NCBI GenBank assembly: GCA_963674965.2
Contig: CAXXFL010000006.1
Location: 800,001 to 864,000 of the forward strand
Direction: 5' to 3'
Source: a bacterium
GTDB taxonomy: Bacteria; RBG-13-61-14; DATKZS01
DNA length: 64,000 bases
Below, piece after piece: positions 1-9,976 of the stretch (position 1 is its first letter; every line of letters begins with the position of its first letter). The notes below the pieces were generated by a model that searched no databases, was not told the origin of the DNA, and saw only the letters and a program-made list of their open reading frames with translations. The position numbers were made by a program, and so were the translations under genes.

Positions 1-378
1 TTTACCATCAATTCCTTGTATCCGTAGCCTTGCTTAAACACGAGCAATCTAAGCATAAATGGCTCATACAAGCCGGAGTACTTAATCTTTGTCTCAGGTA
101 CAGTAAAAATGCCCTGGGCGTCCGTTTTCGAGATAAAGCTCCTGCTGAACTCGCTTTGCCCGAAAAGCTCTCCCGCAAGACCGTGAACTCTCCATATTTT
201 TCTATACAGTATATATGCGTCTTGGACGGGACCCCCCGTTTCGGCGTCAACGACGCGAGAGGTTAAAGGAACATCTACATATTGTTTCGAGCATGACTGA
301 AGCAAAAGCAAAGCCGCGGTTATCAACAAGGACGCTAACGCGTTTATTCTATCAAGCTTCATTTTAAATTCTCCTTAA

Positions 379-2093
379 TTACATTCCTGCAATCAACCAT
401 TTCCCGCCAATTGCATTAATGAATACAACGTCCGAAAGTACGTTAATTTTCCCTCCTGCTCCATCATCCTTTTCGAATACAATCGCATATTGCGCGCTAT
501 TGTCTCTAATTGATACGGGGAAAATTAATTTTGCTCCTAAAGCGTCAGCCGCTTGTGGCAAGCTATCAATAGAACTATAGAAGACGTATGAGAAATTGGG
601 CCTGACATTCGGCGCGAAACAGGAAATTGCCGCCTCTACGTTCTGCTTTTCAAGGTATAAAAGCATTTTCTGAAATACCTCTCCAGGATTCCCCGGCCAT
701 TCAGACGGGTCCATTTCCCACTCGATGACCCGCTGGTTTTCGGTATCGGCAAAGGTAAGGCACGTTTTCCATTTTCTGCGGAATAAGTCGATGCCGCCCT
801 TGGAACCGAGCGTAGATGGAGTTATTTCGTCCAATCCCTGGATGGATTCCAGTAATTCGCTACGGTCGTTGAGCCTGTATATTACATGCTCGTCCGGGCA
901 CCAGAAGGCCAGAGTCTGGCTGGCAAGACAGAAGTCCTTGGGGGCCGAGGCAAGGACCGCTTGTGTATAGGCTGTCTCGTTAACCGGCTGATCGGCACTG
1001 AAATTACTATGGCCAAAGACCTCGGTCCCGGCTGTATCGCTATAAAATTTCAGAGCCAGAAAAAGTGAGTCGTTTTCATTGACGGCCGCCTCGTAAATAA
1101 CGGGAGCGACGTTTCCGGTATCATACTGTATGGCAACGGTCCGCGCGCTCGTGTCGCCGTAGGTCAATATTACCGGCGCGCCATTCATGGTGGCCAATGA
1201 AACTCTACCGGCGCTTGAAACGTGGAAGTCCCGGATATCCGCCACGCCCGCTTCCAGGCAATCGGATGAACATCCAGCTATCACCGTGAACGGAGGCCCC
1301 TCCATAATTAAAAACCGTCCTCCATTGTCGGCGCTGACCTCGGCCCATCTCAACGAAACCGTGTTTCCCTCCAGTGAGGCCTCGGCGCCGGCGATCCACC
1401 AATCCTCTCCCGGATGCTCCGCCACCGCGTCTCGCAGAAGACTGACGCCGCTCAACTCGCCATCCGTCAGCTCGTATTGATAGAGCAAGGTGGCTTTCGC
1501 CGCCGTAGAGCTTGTCGCCCCGAGCACGTAGTACTTCTCCTCTTTGGGGTCTCCCACCAAGTCAAGGGGATAAATGCCCTGATCCGAGGTGGAAAAGAAA
1601 GTCTTATACTTGAAGGGATGCTCGATATCGACCAGGCCTATTCCGACCTGATCGGTTTCTTGGTCGGGAAAATTAACGATCGCTTGATAAACCCTGGCCT
1701 CGGAGTAAGAGTGCAGCCCGGGCAAGGCGCATGAGCCGCCCGTAAAATCGCATGAATGATATTCGATCGCTCCGTCCCCATAGGACGTCTCAATCCTGAC
1801 TGGATTGGGCAATTGACTGATAAGGGATTCATTCACGTAGACCGTGAATTGAATTTGCGCGTTGTCCAGAGTAGCCGCCGGCGGGTCCGATATGATTTTA
1901 ATATCGCTTAGATATTGCCCGTCGCCATTGTACGCTACTTCAAGCTCATCCTCTCCATAATTACCCGCGACGTCTCGAGCTTGCGCTTTTATCGTTTGCA
2001 CGTCAGGGGCCTTTATGGTTGGATCGAGCAGCACGGCCTTGGCCCTGAATATTCCGGTCGTCGCGTCCGTCATCTCGATTTCCGCCGCCGTGT
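379..2093 (-). pseudogene. 3' part of an IS-interrupted secreted protein (Ig/PKD-like and propeller-like segments, C-terminal NTF2-like domain)
   Basis: ORF 379..2073 continues upstream in frame (NTAAEIE-MTDATTG) to the target duplication at 2094-2101; removing the IS joins it in frame to ORF 3525..4376. Domain calls are tentative. Confidence 0.85.
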
Positions 2094-2101
2094 TATTGAT
2101 T

Positions 2102-3535
2102 CTGAACTTTAGAACTTTTTAGTCTGGTTTGCACGTATCGACATTAAGCAGCCTCCTTGAGGGGCGTAATTTCCTCTGGTTTGGGGTCGGAATGGAAAGC
2201 GGGAGAAATTCGCAAAGCCTTGTAGAAAGCGCGTCGGAGCCGACCGACGCTTGGGGGGCCGCTCGGGTCCCACCACGGTTCGGCCTCGATCTTTTCCGCC
2301 TCCGGGACGCAAAGGGCAAGCAGGCCCAAAAGGCCGTAGGCGACCAGGCAGAGGTTGGCGTGGCGCTTGATGGCCGTGAACGACCTCTGGCGATAGTCGC
2401 CGAAACCGCCCGCCGTCTTCACCTCCCGGAACAACTCCTCGATCTTCCAGCGGCCCGAATACGTTTCCAGCGCCCGCTCCGGCTTCATCTCGACGTCGGT
2501 GGTGAAAAACACGTTCATTTTTTTGCCGGAGCGCCGGGGGAAAATGATGACGAGTATCGGCTTGTCGCCGAGGGTGGCGCTGGGGACCATCACCCCGACG
2601 AAGGCCTCGATGGTAACGGTCTTGCCGTAAATCCTGGCCTTGATTTTTTCGCGCTTCGATCTTTTCAAACACAGTTGTTGGGGGCTGAACTTCTTGCCGC
2701 GCTTGGGCGGCCTTCCCGGACCATTCTTCCTTTTGGGGAGTTCGTAGAGCGCCGCGTTCGAGCGGAGGCGGCTGATCAGGACCACCTCTTTGCCGTCGAA
2801 CTCGAGACCGGCCAACTTGGCCTTGGCGTAGAGGTTGTCCACCACCAGGACCAGTCTCCGAGCGGGCCAGGAGAACCTTTTTATCATCATGGCGGCCAAC
2901 TCGATCTTGGTTTTGAACTCCCATCCCTTGGGGCAAAACTTTTCCTGGACGAAGAGCAGCGCCGAGAGGGGGAAGGCGAACCACTTGCCCCCGCGCTCCC
3001 ATAGAAGCGCCATCACCACCCAGCAGTGGCCGAGCACCCGGCGCTTTTGATGGCCGGGGTTTTTGTCCGTCGGGTCCGGGTAATAGCCCAGACCGAAGAA
3101 CTTCTTGCCCCATTTCTTGACCAGGGTGTCGTCGACGGCGACGACGATCTCGTCCATGATCTTGAGTCGTTGGGCCACCAGGTCGAGCAGGCATTGACTC
3201 ACCTTTTGGCAGGACCACCGGCCCTTGCGCATGAAAGCGTAGGGCGTGGTCCAGTGCATGACCCGGTGGACTTGGGTGAGGCGCATGACCTCGGTCACGC
3301 AGTGCTGGAGACCGAACAGCGCCGCGTGGGCGATAATGAAGGTCTGGAAGTGCTCGAACCCGGGCTTGGAGAAGCAGTTGACAAATACAAGCATCAGCGG
3401 CAACATAAGAGCTTGAGCGTTCATCAGCGTTCACTCCCGCGTTATGAGGGCCGATCACACCTCTCATTATACGGGAAAAACTGGTGAACGCTATTTTTAC
3501 ATGGTGGAACATGGCTAAAAAGTTCTAAAGTTCAG
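2102..3535 (-). mobile_element. Insertion sequence, IS701-like (DDE), 1434 bp
   Basis: Perfect 21-bp terminal inverted repeats CTGAACTTTAGAACTTTTTAG (2102-2122) / CTAAAAAGTTCTAAAGTTCAG (3515-3535); 8-bp direct repeat TATTGATT at 2094-2101 and 3536-3543; single transposase ORF. Confidence 0.95.
2144..3424 (-). CDS. DDE transposase, IS701/IS4-like (DDE_5 type)
   Basis: Motifs VAVDDT, LGHCWV, LVVDNLY, ISRLRSNAALY, YSGRWKIEELFREVK (Y-R-E-K signature). Confidence 0.9.
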   Translation of the reverse strand: MNAQALMLPLMLVFVNCFSKPGFEHFQTFIIAHAALFGLQHCVTEVMRLTQVHRVMHWTTPYAFMRKGRWSCQKVSQCLLDLVAQRLKIMDEIVVAVDDTLVKKWGKKFFGLGYYPDPTDKNPGHQKRRVLGHCWVVMALLWERGGKWFAFPLSALLFVQEKFCPKGWEFKTKIELAAMMIKRFSWPARRLVLVVDNLYAKAKLAGLEFDGKEVVLISRLRSNAALYELPKRKNGPGRPPKRGKKFSPQQLCLKRSKREKIKARIYGKTVTIEAFVGVMVPSATLGDKPILVIIFPRRSGKKMNVFFTTDVEMKPERALETYSGRWKIEELFREVKTAGGFGDYRQRSFTAIKRHANLCLVAYGLLGLLALCVPEAEKIEAEPWWDPSGPPSVGRLRRAFYKALRISPAFHSDPKPEEITPLKEAA

Positions 3536-4376
3536 TATTGATTAAAACCATAATGTTTTCTTTGGTTTCCCAAGGGTCTTTCGTGAAAGTACCCCGTACC
3601 TCAACGAGAGCGCCACCGGCGTTGGAGGAACCGTTCATGATTGACACGGATGGAGCGCTTTGGTCCAGAATAACCGGATAGATTGTTTCCGTAACGGGAC
3701 CGGACGAATTGTAGTTCACCGTGAGGACTACCGTATTGGTCCCCGGCGCAATGGTAATTTGCCTTGAGAATGAGCCGATTTCAGGATTCGTTGTATTTCC
3801 GGAAACCGTTAGCGGGTATGATATCCCAGATTCCAGTATCCTAACTTGAGCCGATGAGAAATCCGAATAATTCGGAATGACTCCGTTCAGATAAATAAGT
3901 TCCTGAGGCAATATCTGATTGGGGTGGGGGTCGAGAATCATTCTGCCTGAAGTCCTTGGTTGCCCGTCAATGGCGCCGTCGCCGTCCGTGTCCGTTTTTA
4001 TGGGGTCAGTCCCGTAAAGGTCAACCTCATCGCCGTCCGTAAGTCCGTCACCGTCGGTGTCGGGTGAAAAAGGGTCGCTTCCATGAGATATTTCATCGCC
4101 ATCATTAAGATTGTCGCCGTCCGAGTCGCGGTCGCACGGATTGGTCATGAACAGCAACGTTTCATCGCCATCACTCAGCCCATCACCGTCGGTATCGGGA
4201 TTATACGGACTTGTACCCGTGTCCTCAGCGGATGAATACACCCCGGTATTCGTCTCGACGGAATTGTCCAGACCGTCTCCGTCCAAATCTTGGGCCATGA
4301 CCGGCGCCGCCACAAATAGCATCAAGAAAATTGCCGGGAAAATTGTTTTCACTCTTTTTCTCGCAAAACGAAGCAT
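3536..4376 (-). pseudogene. 5' part of the IS-interrupted secreted protein: signal peptide, Ca-binding DxDGDGLxDG repeats (thrombospondin type 3-like), Ig-like domain
   Basis: N-terminal basic and hydrophobic segment ending APVMA-Q; about five DxDGD repeats; the frame runs into the IS right end. Confidence 0.85.
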
Positions 4377-4452
4377 TTACACACCTCTCATTCATATGTT
4401 GCGTCGAATCTACACGATAATCGGTAAATTGTGCTATCAACGGTATCGAGAC

Positions 4453-4493
4453 AAAAAAGCCTCGTCCGAAGACCGATTTGATCTTCACGAGGC
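4453..4493 (-). terminator. Probable intrinsic terminator
   Basis: On the minus strand, GCCTCGT-GAAGA...TCTTC-GG-ACGAGGC stem followed by TTTTTT. Confidence 0.6.
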
Positions 4494-4736
4494 GATAAAT
4501 AATGATTCCCTGTTTTCATTCCCCCTGCTCTGGTGATGGTTAGAAGTGTTCTCTCCTTACCCTTGTACCTCCGCTATGTTTATACTATTCTAGGTAGCAC
4601 GTGGTGATAAGTATGTCAAGTGCAAATTTGCATATTTGAAAATAATATACAAATCTTCCGCCCCTAACGTACAATTAAGGGCTATTGGTTTTTGCGGTCT
4701 AACTGCCCTCTTGCCAACCCCTTAAAATTCATCATG

Positions 4737-5675
4737 CTATTTCCCAAAGGGCACGGACAACCCCTCCGCCAGTTCCAATGCATCCGCAGGCCAGAACCTC
4801 TCGGGCCGAGGATGGCGCACATTCCGCCGTCCAAACGCGGGGCGGCATTCGAGCAGGGACTCGACCCATTGGGTGGGGAGCGAGTTCCGGCCATGCACCG
4901 CTCCCAACAGCGCGCCACAGATGGCGGCGTTGGTGTCGGTATCTCCGCCTCGCATAACGGTGTCAACGACGGCTTCCTCCAGGTTCGGGGCGTGCAGAAG
5001 CTGCCACAGGGCGTTTCCGAATGCCGTCAGTACCCACCCCTGTTGGTGGATATAGTCGGCGGGCGGCGCGTCGGCCGCTCTTCGGACAGCATCGAGGAGA
5101 CTTACATCCACCTCCATGCCTTCCGACCAGGTCACGATCTGCTCATACAGATTTCGGCCATCGCACCCCGAGTGGATGGCATGGGCAATCGCCATCGTGA
5201 ATAATTCGTTGGCTTGCTGGCAAACGGGATGGGGATGGGTGATCGCGGCATCCTGTCGCGCCCACTCGGCCACATGCTTCAAATCATGGTTGGCTCCGAA
5301 GATGCCGAGCGGACTGATCCGCATCATCGCCCCGTTGGCCTGGCTGTCCGGATTAGGACGACCCCGCAGGCCGCTGGAGACCGTCATGCCGCAATCGAAG
5401 GGCTCGGAGTCCAGCCAGAAGATGTACGCTTTCCTGGCTTCAGCGGGATCGTACTTTCCCCGCTCGGAAAGCATGCGGGCCAGGGAGAGGGCCATCTCGG
5501 AATCATCGGTCGGTTGTCCGGCAATCGTGTCCCAGGCGCCTCCGTCGGCAAGCTCCCTCACTCCGTCGGGGTATTCCCGTCGGATGTCCTCCGGAGTTCG
5601 AAACTCGACCAGGCCGCCCAGCGCGTCTCCGGCAAGCTGTCCAAGGAGACAGCCTTGGGCGCGTTCAACTTGCAT
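4737..5675 (-). CDS. ADP-ribosylglycohydrolase (DraG/ARH family)
   Basis: Motifs GCLLGQLAGDALG, PTDDSEM, NGAMMR, TH, GGDTDTNAAICGALLGA. Confidence 0.93.
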   Translation of the reverse strand: MQVERAQGCLLGQLAGDALGGLVEFRTPEDIRREYPDGVRELADGGAWDTIAGQPTDDSEMALSLARMLSERGKYDPAEARKAYIFWLDSEPFDCGMTVSSGLRGRPNPDSQANGAMMRISPLGIFGANHDLKHVAEWARQDAAITHPHPVCQQANELFTMAIAHAIHSGCDGRNLYEQIVTWSEGMEVDVSLLDAVRRAADAPPADYIHQQGWVLTAFGNALWQLLHAPNLEEAVVDTVMRGGDTDTNAAICGALLGAVHGRNSLPTQWVESLLECRPAFGRRNVRHPRPERFWPADALELAEGLSVPFGK

Positions 5676-5895
5676 GGGATATCTCCATAAATTCTAAAAG
5701 TCGCCGTCAGACTGTCGAAATTAAGATTGGCCCGCGGACCCTGACTGAATTGAAGGCTCAATGCCCATTAGTCAGCGCGGCGAATAATAATTTCTGAGCC
5801 GCTCGAGCGATGAAAGTCTAGTCGAAATCACTGATCGAAGTCAAGGAGGACGATGGAAAAGAATAAGTTGTCCTCGTATATTTTTTCATTCCATC

Positions 5896-6075
5896 TTATT
5901 CATCCGGCAGAACAAGCGTCCAAATACGTTTGAGAGGCAATTCGGCCTGGATGTCTTCTGAAAGTTTTTCATAGTGAGCAAAAAGCGCGTCCATTAAATC
6001 TTCAGAATCCCATAGACGAATCTGGAAAAATATCTGCCTTGACTCCGTTTCCACGTTTCCTTTAAAGCCTCCCCG
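5896..6075 (-). pseudogene. C-terminal remnant of an Mrr-like restriction endonuclease
   Basis: GGFK...FFQIRLWD...HYEKLSEDIQAELPLKRIW resembles the C-terminus of Mrr-type proteins; no N-terminal part upstream. Confidence 0.7.
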
Positions 6076-6226
6076 AATGATAACGCAACAATCCATTCTC
6101 CCAAATGGCCGTGTACATTATCTTGTTGTAGCTAAAAGAAAAAAACGGAGAATGCTCAAAAGCGGCTAAAGAAGCGGCTTAAGGCGGATTTCCCTTGCTG
6201 CCCAGGTGCTCCATCAAATAAACCAG

Positions 6227-7366
6227 CTATTCTTTTTTCCCCTTCTTGCCCTTACCTGGTTTCTCCTCTATCATTTTGGCAACTCTCGCCAAAGCCGCGT
6301 CATCCTCCAAGGCTTCCTGTTCCGCCTCTTCAGCGAGACGATGGTGTTCGAACCTTTCATACTGCGAGAGAGCCAACTCCTTTGCTACTTCCATTGAGAC
6401 CTTGCCCGCGTGTTCCAGGATGTCTCGCTCGTTGAACTTGAGGAAGGCATTGAGCTTCTTCCGCCAGTCTCTCATATAAAGAGGTCGGCGGCGGCGGGCC
6501 TGGTCCTCGGCGTAGTCCAGGTACATGACCACAATGCGGTTGAACTCCTCGATCTCGTCGGAGTGGAGGTAATTCTTGGCAATCACCACATCTCCCTTCC
6601 GCACCTTCGCTCCCTTCCACGATGTAAGGCCCATGTTGGGCTCGCCCGAGTCGGCACGGGCCGCTATCAACTCGGCTGCGGTGTGACCGGTCACGGCCCA
6701 GTGGAGCTTGTTCTGGACGATCTTAAAGAATTCCAGAGTCTCCTCCGCGCCGGGGTCATAGTCGCAGGCGAGCTTGTAGATGTCGCGAATCTTCTGGTAG
6801 AAGCGCTTCTCGCTGGCTCGGATATCCCGGATGCGCTCGAGGAGCTCGTCAAAGTAGTCCGCGCCGATATTCCGGCCCTCCTTGAGGCGTTCATCGTCCA
6901 TGACGAAGCCCTTGACGGTTTTTTCAACTGCCTTCGGCAGGGATAATGGTTTGGTAGGAGCCTCTGAATGCGTTTGGCCGACTTCCTGATGAATGATGTT
7001 GGATTGATCTATGAGGTCACGGCTAACACAATTCCAGCCTCGTTTAATGTTCTCGGCCAGCCATTGGTCAGCGATCTTGTCTATCTTCTCCAACGTGGAG
7101 GCTATACGCAGGCTGGTTTTAAGCGGCTCCTTGCGAGCAGCAGAGTAATCGGTGAAGAAGGCGACGTATGGGGGATACAAATCGTCCGCACCATGCTTGT
7201 TGGTTTTCCAGGTAACTACTTTTCGAACGGTTGTCCCGGATTTTCCTTCCTTGGTGTAGACTTCGCGGCGAAGTGCTTCAGCAGGATCAAGTTGCGGTTG
7301 TTTGGTTTCTTCAAGATGGACATCCCTGCCCAAATGATCAGTGATCCTGATCTTGCGCACGCTCAC
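6227..7366 (-). CDS. Chimeric ORF: 15 aa from the second Ku-like gene + about 137 aa from the ligase-AAA gene + C-terminal two-thirds of a RhuM-family protein
   Basis: SVRKIRITDHLGRD matches ORF 14699..15424; VHLEETK...KAVEKTV matches ORF 11616..14702; KGFVMDDERLK...DYFDELLERIRDIRASEKRFYQKI...VQNKLHWA...IAKNYL is the RhuM signature. Expression unknown. Confidence 0.8.
   Translation of the reverse strand: MSVRKIRITDHLGRDVHLEETKQPQLDPAEALRREVYTKEGKSGTTVRKVVTWKTNKHGADDLYPPYVAFFTDYSAARKEPLKTSLRIASTLEKIDKIADQWLAENIKRGWNCVSRDLIDQSNIIHQEVGQTHSEAPTKPLSLPKAVEKTVKGFVMDDERLKEGRNIGADYFDELLERIRDIRASEKRFYQKIRDIYKLACDYDPGAEETLEFFKIVQNKLHWAVTGHTAAELIAARADSGEPNMGLTSWKGAKVRKGDVVIAKNYLHSDEIEEFNRIVVMYLDYAEDQARRRRPLYMRDWRKKLNAFLKFNERDILEHAGKVSMEVAKELALSQYERFEHHRLAEEAEQEALEDDAALARVAKMIEEKPGKGKKGKKE
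6913..7323. repeat. 411-bp direct repeat, copy of 13178..13588
   Basis: No mismatch found by eye between 6913-7323 and 13178-13588. Confidence 0.95.
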
Positions 7367-7568
7367 GAAAAACCTCTCCAGGCTCTAAATCCCATATCAA
7401 AGAAATCCTGAGCGTCATCGTTTTCGTCATTATCGGCGAAGTTGATCAATTGCCCACGCCGAGCATACTCGAATCGACATCGCTCACCCAAGATCAAAAA
7501 AAATCCCTCAACTCCCTTGAGCAGGAATGCGGGATTGTCATGGTATGTTTTGCGCGGTCGGAACGATG
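7321..7568. repeat. 248-bp diverged direct repeat, copy of 15364..15611
   Basis: Ungapped alignment with about 14 mismatches counted by eye (about 94% identity). Confidence 0.93.
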
Positions 7569-7709
7569 GTGGACGGTGTCTTGGAGGAGGCCATCGAGCG
7601 CCTTTGAGCGCCCGGCCTTCATCGTCCTTCCCCTTGTGAAATTTCCATTAACACCTTTCCTGAGTCATCAAAATTTAAAATTTCTTTCTAACCATTCCCG
7701 CGATTAGTC

Positions 7710-7747
7710 TTGCCGACCGCCTTTTGAGGTGCTACACTGTTATTACA
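7710..7747 (+). promoter_or_regulatory. sigma70-type promoter and probable operator of the AbrB/Doc pair
   Basis: TTGCCG-17 bp-TACACT with an extended TG; short palindrome TGTTATTACA just downstream; AAGGAGG ribosome-binding site before 7776. Confidence 0.55.
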
Positions 7748-7775
7748 ATGATGCACCATCAAAAAGGAGGCACTC

Positions 7776-8003
7776 ATGATTAAACGACTCACAAAACATG
7801 GGAACAGCCTGGCCTTGGTCATTGACAAGGGGGCCCTTGACCTTCTCGAGATCGACGCCGAGACCCCGTTGCGCATTACCACCGACGGCCGTTGCCTCAT
7901 CATCACCCCCGAGCGCGACCAGGAGCGGGAGAAAAAATTTCGAGAAGCCCTTTCGGAAGGCAACCGCAAATACGGCAAGGCACTCAAGAGACTGGCGGAC
8001 TAA
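7776..8003 (+). CDS. AbrB/MazE/SpoVT-family antitoxin
   Basis: KRLTKHGNSLALVID swapped-hairpin motif; ends YGKALKRLAD; immediately precedes Doc. Confidence 0.9.
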   Translation: MIKRLTKHGNSLALVIDKGALDLLEIDAETPLRITTDGRCLIITPERDQEREKKFREALSEGNRKYGKALKRLAD

Positions 8004-8006
8004 GCC

Positions 8007-8402
8007 ATGGAGCCGTTGTTTCTCGAGCTGCATGAAGTCATGGAAATTCATCGGGATCAGATCGAAAGGTATGGAGGGAGCGAGGGACTCCGAGACCCGG
8101 GCCTCCTGCAATCGGCCTTGGAAATGCCCCGTTCCGGCTTCGGAGACCAGTACTTTCATGCCGATCTGTTCGAGATGGCCGCGGCTTATCTGTTTCATAT
8201 AGTCAATAACCATCCCTTTCTCGACGGCAACAAGCGCACGGGAGCGATGGCGGCTTTTACCTTCCTCAAGCTCAACGATGTAACTCTCACCGCCTCCAAT
8301 CCTTCTTTCGAGAGAATCGTTCGAGATGTTGCCGAGGGCAGGGCGGACAAGAGCGCCATCGTTAATTTCCTCAAGAAGAATTCCCGTGCTTCCAAGGATT
8401 GA
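8007..8402 (+). CDS. doc: Death-on-curing (Doc/Fic) toxin
   Basis: GLRDPGLLQSAL and HPFLDGNKRTG Fic/Doc motif; 131 aa. Confidence 0.93.
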   Translation: MEPLFLELHEVMEIHRDQIERYGGSEGLRDPGLLQSALEMPRSGFGDQYFHADLFEMAAAYLFHIVNNHPFLDGNKRTGAMAAFTFLKLNDVTLTASNPSFERIVRDVAEGRADKSAIVNFLKKNSRASKD

Positions 8403-8424
8403 AAGCCGTACGAGTTTTTCTTTC

Positions 8425-8784
8425 CTATGGTCCCGCATGGGAAATTTCCATTAACACATTCTTCATCTTGAGCCGCAGGCGCTTGATCCTTCGCCAAGCG
8501 AAAAACGACCAGCCCATCACGTCAAGGATTTCCTGCTCGACCTCGCCGAGGATTTCAACCGAGGACCGCCGCAGGGTGGATTCTCCGTACTCGACCGCTC
8601 CACGCTCCAGCCTCTGTTCAACCAGGGAGACGAACTCGCGCCATTCGTCGGCCAGGTCCTGGCTCATTCCCGTTTCCTGGATGCCCAGGAACACGTCATA
8701 TCCGACCTTATCTCCCATCCGGTGCTCCCTAACCCTTTGAAACAAGCGGCCCTCGCTTTTCGGACCGCCGGTGTTATCCGCCAT
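8425..8784 (-). CDS. Hypothetical protein, phage-like
   Basis: Coherent ORF overlapping the upstream gene; RLERGAVEYG...EVEQEILD pattern seen in small phage proteins; function not recognised. Confidence 0.45.
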   Translation of the reverse strand: MADNTGGPKSEGRLFQRVREHRMGDKVGYDVFLGIQETGMSQDLADEWREFVSLVEQRLERGAVEYGESTLRRSSVEILGEVEQEILDVMGWSFFAWRRIKRLRLKMKNVLMEISHAGP

Positions 8785-9301
8785 CTTTTTTGCGTTTTCG
8801 TTTTTTGGCGGGCTTGTCCTTGCCGTCTTTCTTCTCGTCCGCCAGCGTCTTGACCAACTTACTCGCCCATTCAGCGGGTGTTGCTGCCCGCTTCGAGGCG
8901 GGATCGGTCTCGCGGGTGATCTTGGTTGTCTTCAAATCCTTAAGGTGACAGCGGATCATCCTGTCCAACCGCTCGGCCGCGTCCCAGTTGCCCTCTTCCT
9001 GCGCCCGGCTCAGCTTGATGAAGTAGACCGCCACCAGCTCCACCTGCATGAAGTCCGAGCTCTTGTTGAACACAAAGTCCTGGTAAAGCTGGGCGATGAT
9101 CTTTTCAAAAATCTTTTTTTCATCATCAGACAAGAAGCGGTTGGCGTACATGCCAACCGAGCCCCCGCGCCTTGATTTCACCAGGCGCAGATATCCTCGC
9201 GCCAGAATCGAAGCGATCTCGCCAATCGCCTCGCCACTCCTTTTTTGATCTCCTGAATTCCTCTCCAACTCTTCCTCCTCTCGCGACCCGGCTACGATCA
9301 T
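8774..9301 (-). CDS. Hypothetical helical protein with basic tail, possibly a fused remnant of mobile-element genes (alternative start 9151)
   Basis: Coding-like composition from MYANRFL onward; the N-terminal EIASILARGYLRL resembles small ORFs of recombinase elements. Confidence 0.45.
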   Translation of the reverse strand: MIVAGSREEEELERNSGDQKRSGEAIGEIASILARGYLRLVKSRRGGSVGMYANRFLSDDEKKIFEKIIAQLYQDFVFNKSSDFMQVELVAVYFIKLSRAQEEGNWDAAERLDRMIRCHLKDLKTTKITRETDPASKRAATPAEWASKLVKTLADEKKDGKDKPAKKRKRKKDGG

Positions 9302-9918
9302 CCGGCCCTGGTGGTTATATACCGGACGAGGGGATTATCTGTCGGAGAAAATCCGTCTAGGCCGCCCTGGCACAACCGCCAATACACAAGGGGCGAGTAG
9401 AAGCGAATGGATTTATTCAACTTGTATGGAGATTGTACGAAAGAGAACCTGGTTTTGCGTCTGCACGGAACTGTTAACAAACTCGGCATGTTAAACGGAG
9501 AATGGGAGATTCCGCCGGAGAAAAATTCGGTCAACGGGCGAAACCTTAAGGTCGCAAACGTACCCCGAAAATGTGAGTCGCAAACGGAGAATGGCGATAT
9601 GTGTGAGAGGTCCGCAACCTGGCGGAATTGATTGGAAAAGCCGAAAGCCCCAGGACCTGGTGTCCGGAGGCTCTCCGTAAAAGAAAAAAGCCGCTTTGGT
9701 TCGCGGCTGGATATCTGGCTCCGCAAATGAGACCTCCATAAAGCATGCCCTATAAATGCCGTGTGCAATATCTAGCTGATTTAACAATGGAAAAAGGAAG
9801 AAGGTCGTCTATTCAGCAGTGAAATCAACTCAACACTATTTCTCAAGTGGTATGATTATGTGTTCTTTTAGAAGTCAAGTAGAAATTTTGGGCGGGATTT
9901 ACAGGTCGAAAAGATATT

Positions 9919-9950
9919 ACTTGACAAATCTCTGGCAAGTGGTATATTAT
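9919..9950 (+). promoter_or_regulatory. sigma70 promoter with overlapping inverted repeat (probable XRE operator)
   Basis: TTGACA (9921-9926) and TG-G-TATATT (9940-9948); imperfect palindrome ACTTGACA-N6-TGGCAAGT (9919-9940); AAGGAG ribosome-binding site. Confidence 0.65.
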
Positions 9951-9976
9951 AGATATGGTCGGGAAAGGAGATTGCT

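Noticed and set aside
2109-3512. 467-aa alternative-frame ORF and antisense ORFs over the IS
   Set aside because: Arg/Gly/Pro-rich shadows of the GC-rich transposase frame.
4453-4620. c-di-GMP riboswitch upstream of the secreted gene
   Set aside because: The conserved GGCAAA/GAAA/GACGCAAA-type elements were not found.
9300-9900. Several short overlapping ORFs on both strands
   Set aside because: No motif, ribosome-binding site or codon pattern favours any one; left unannotated.
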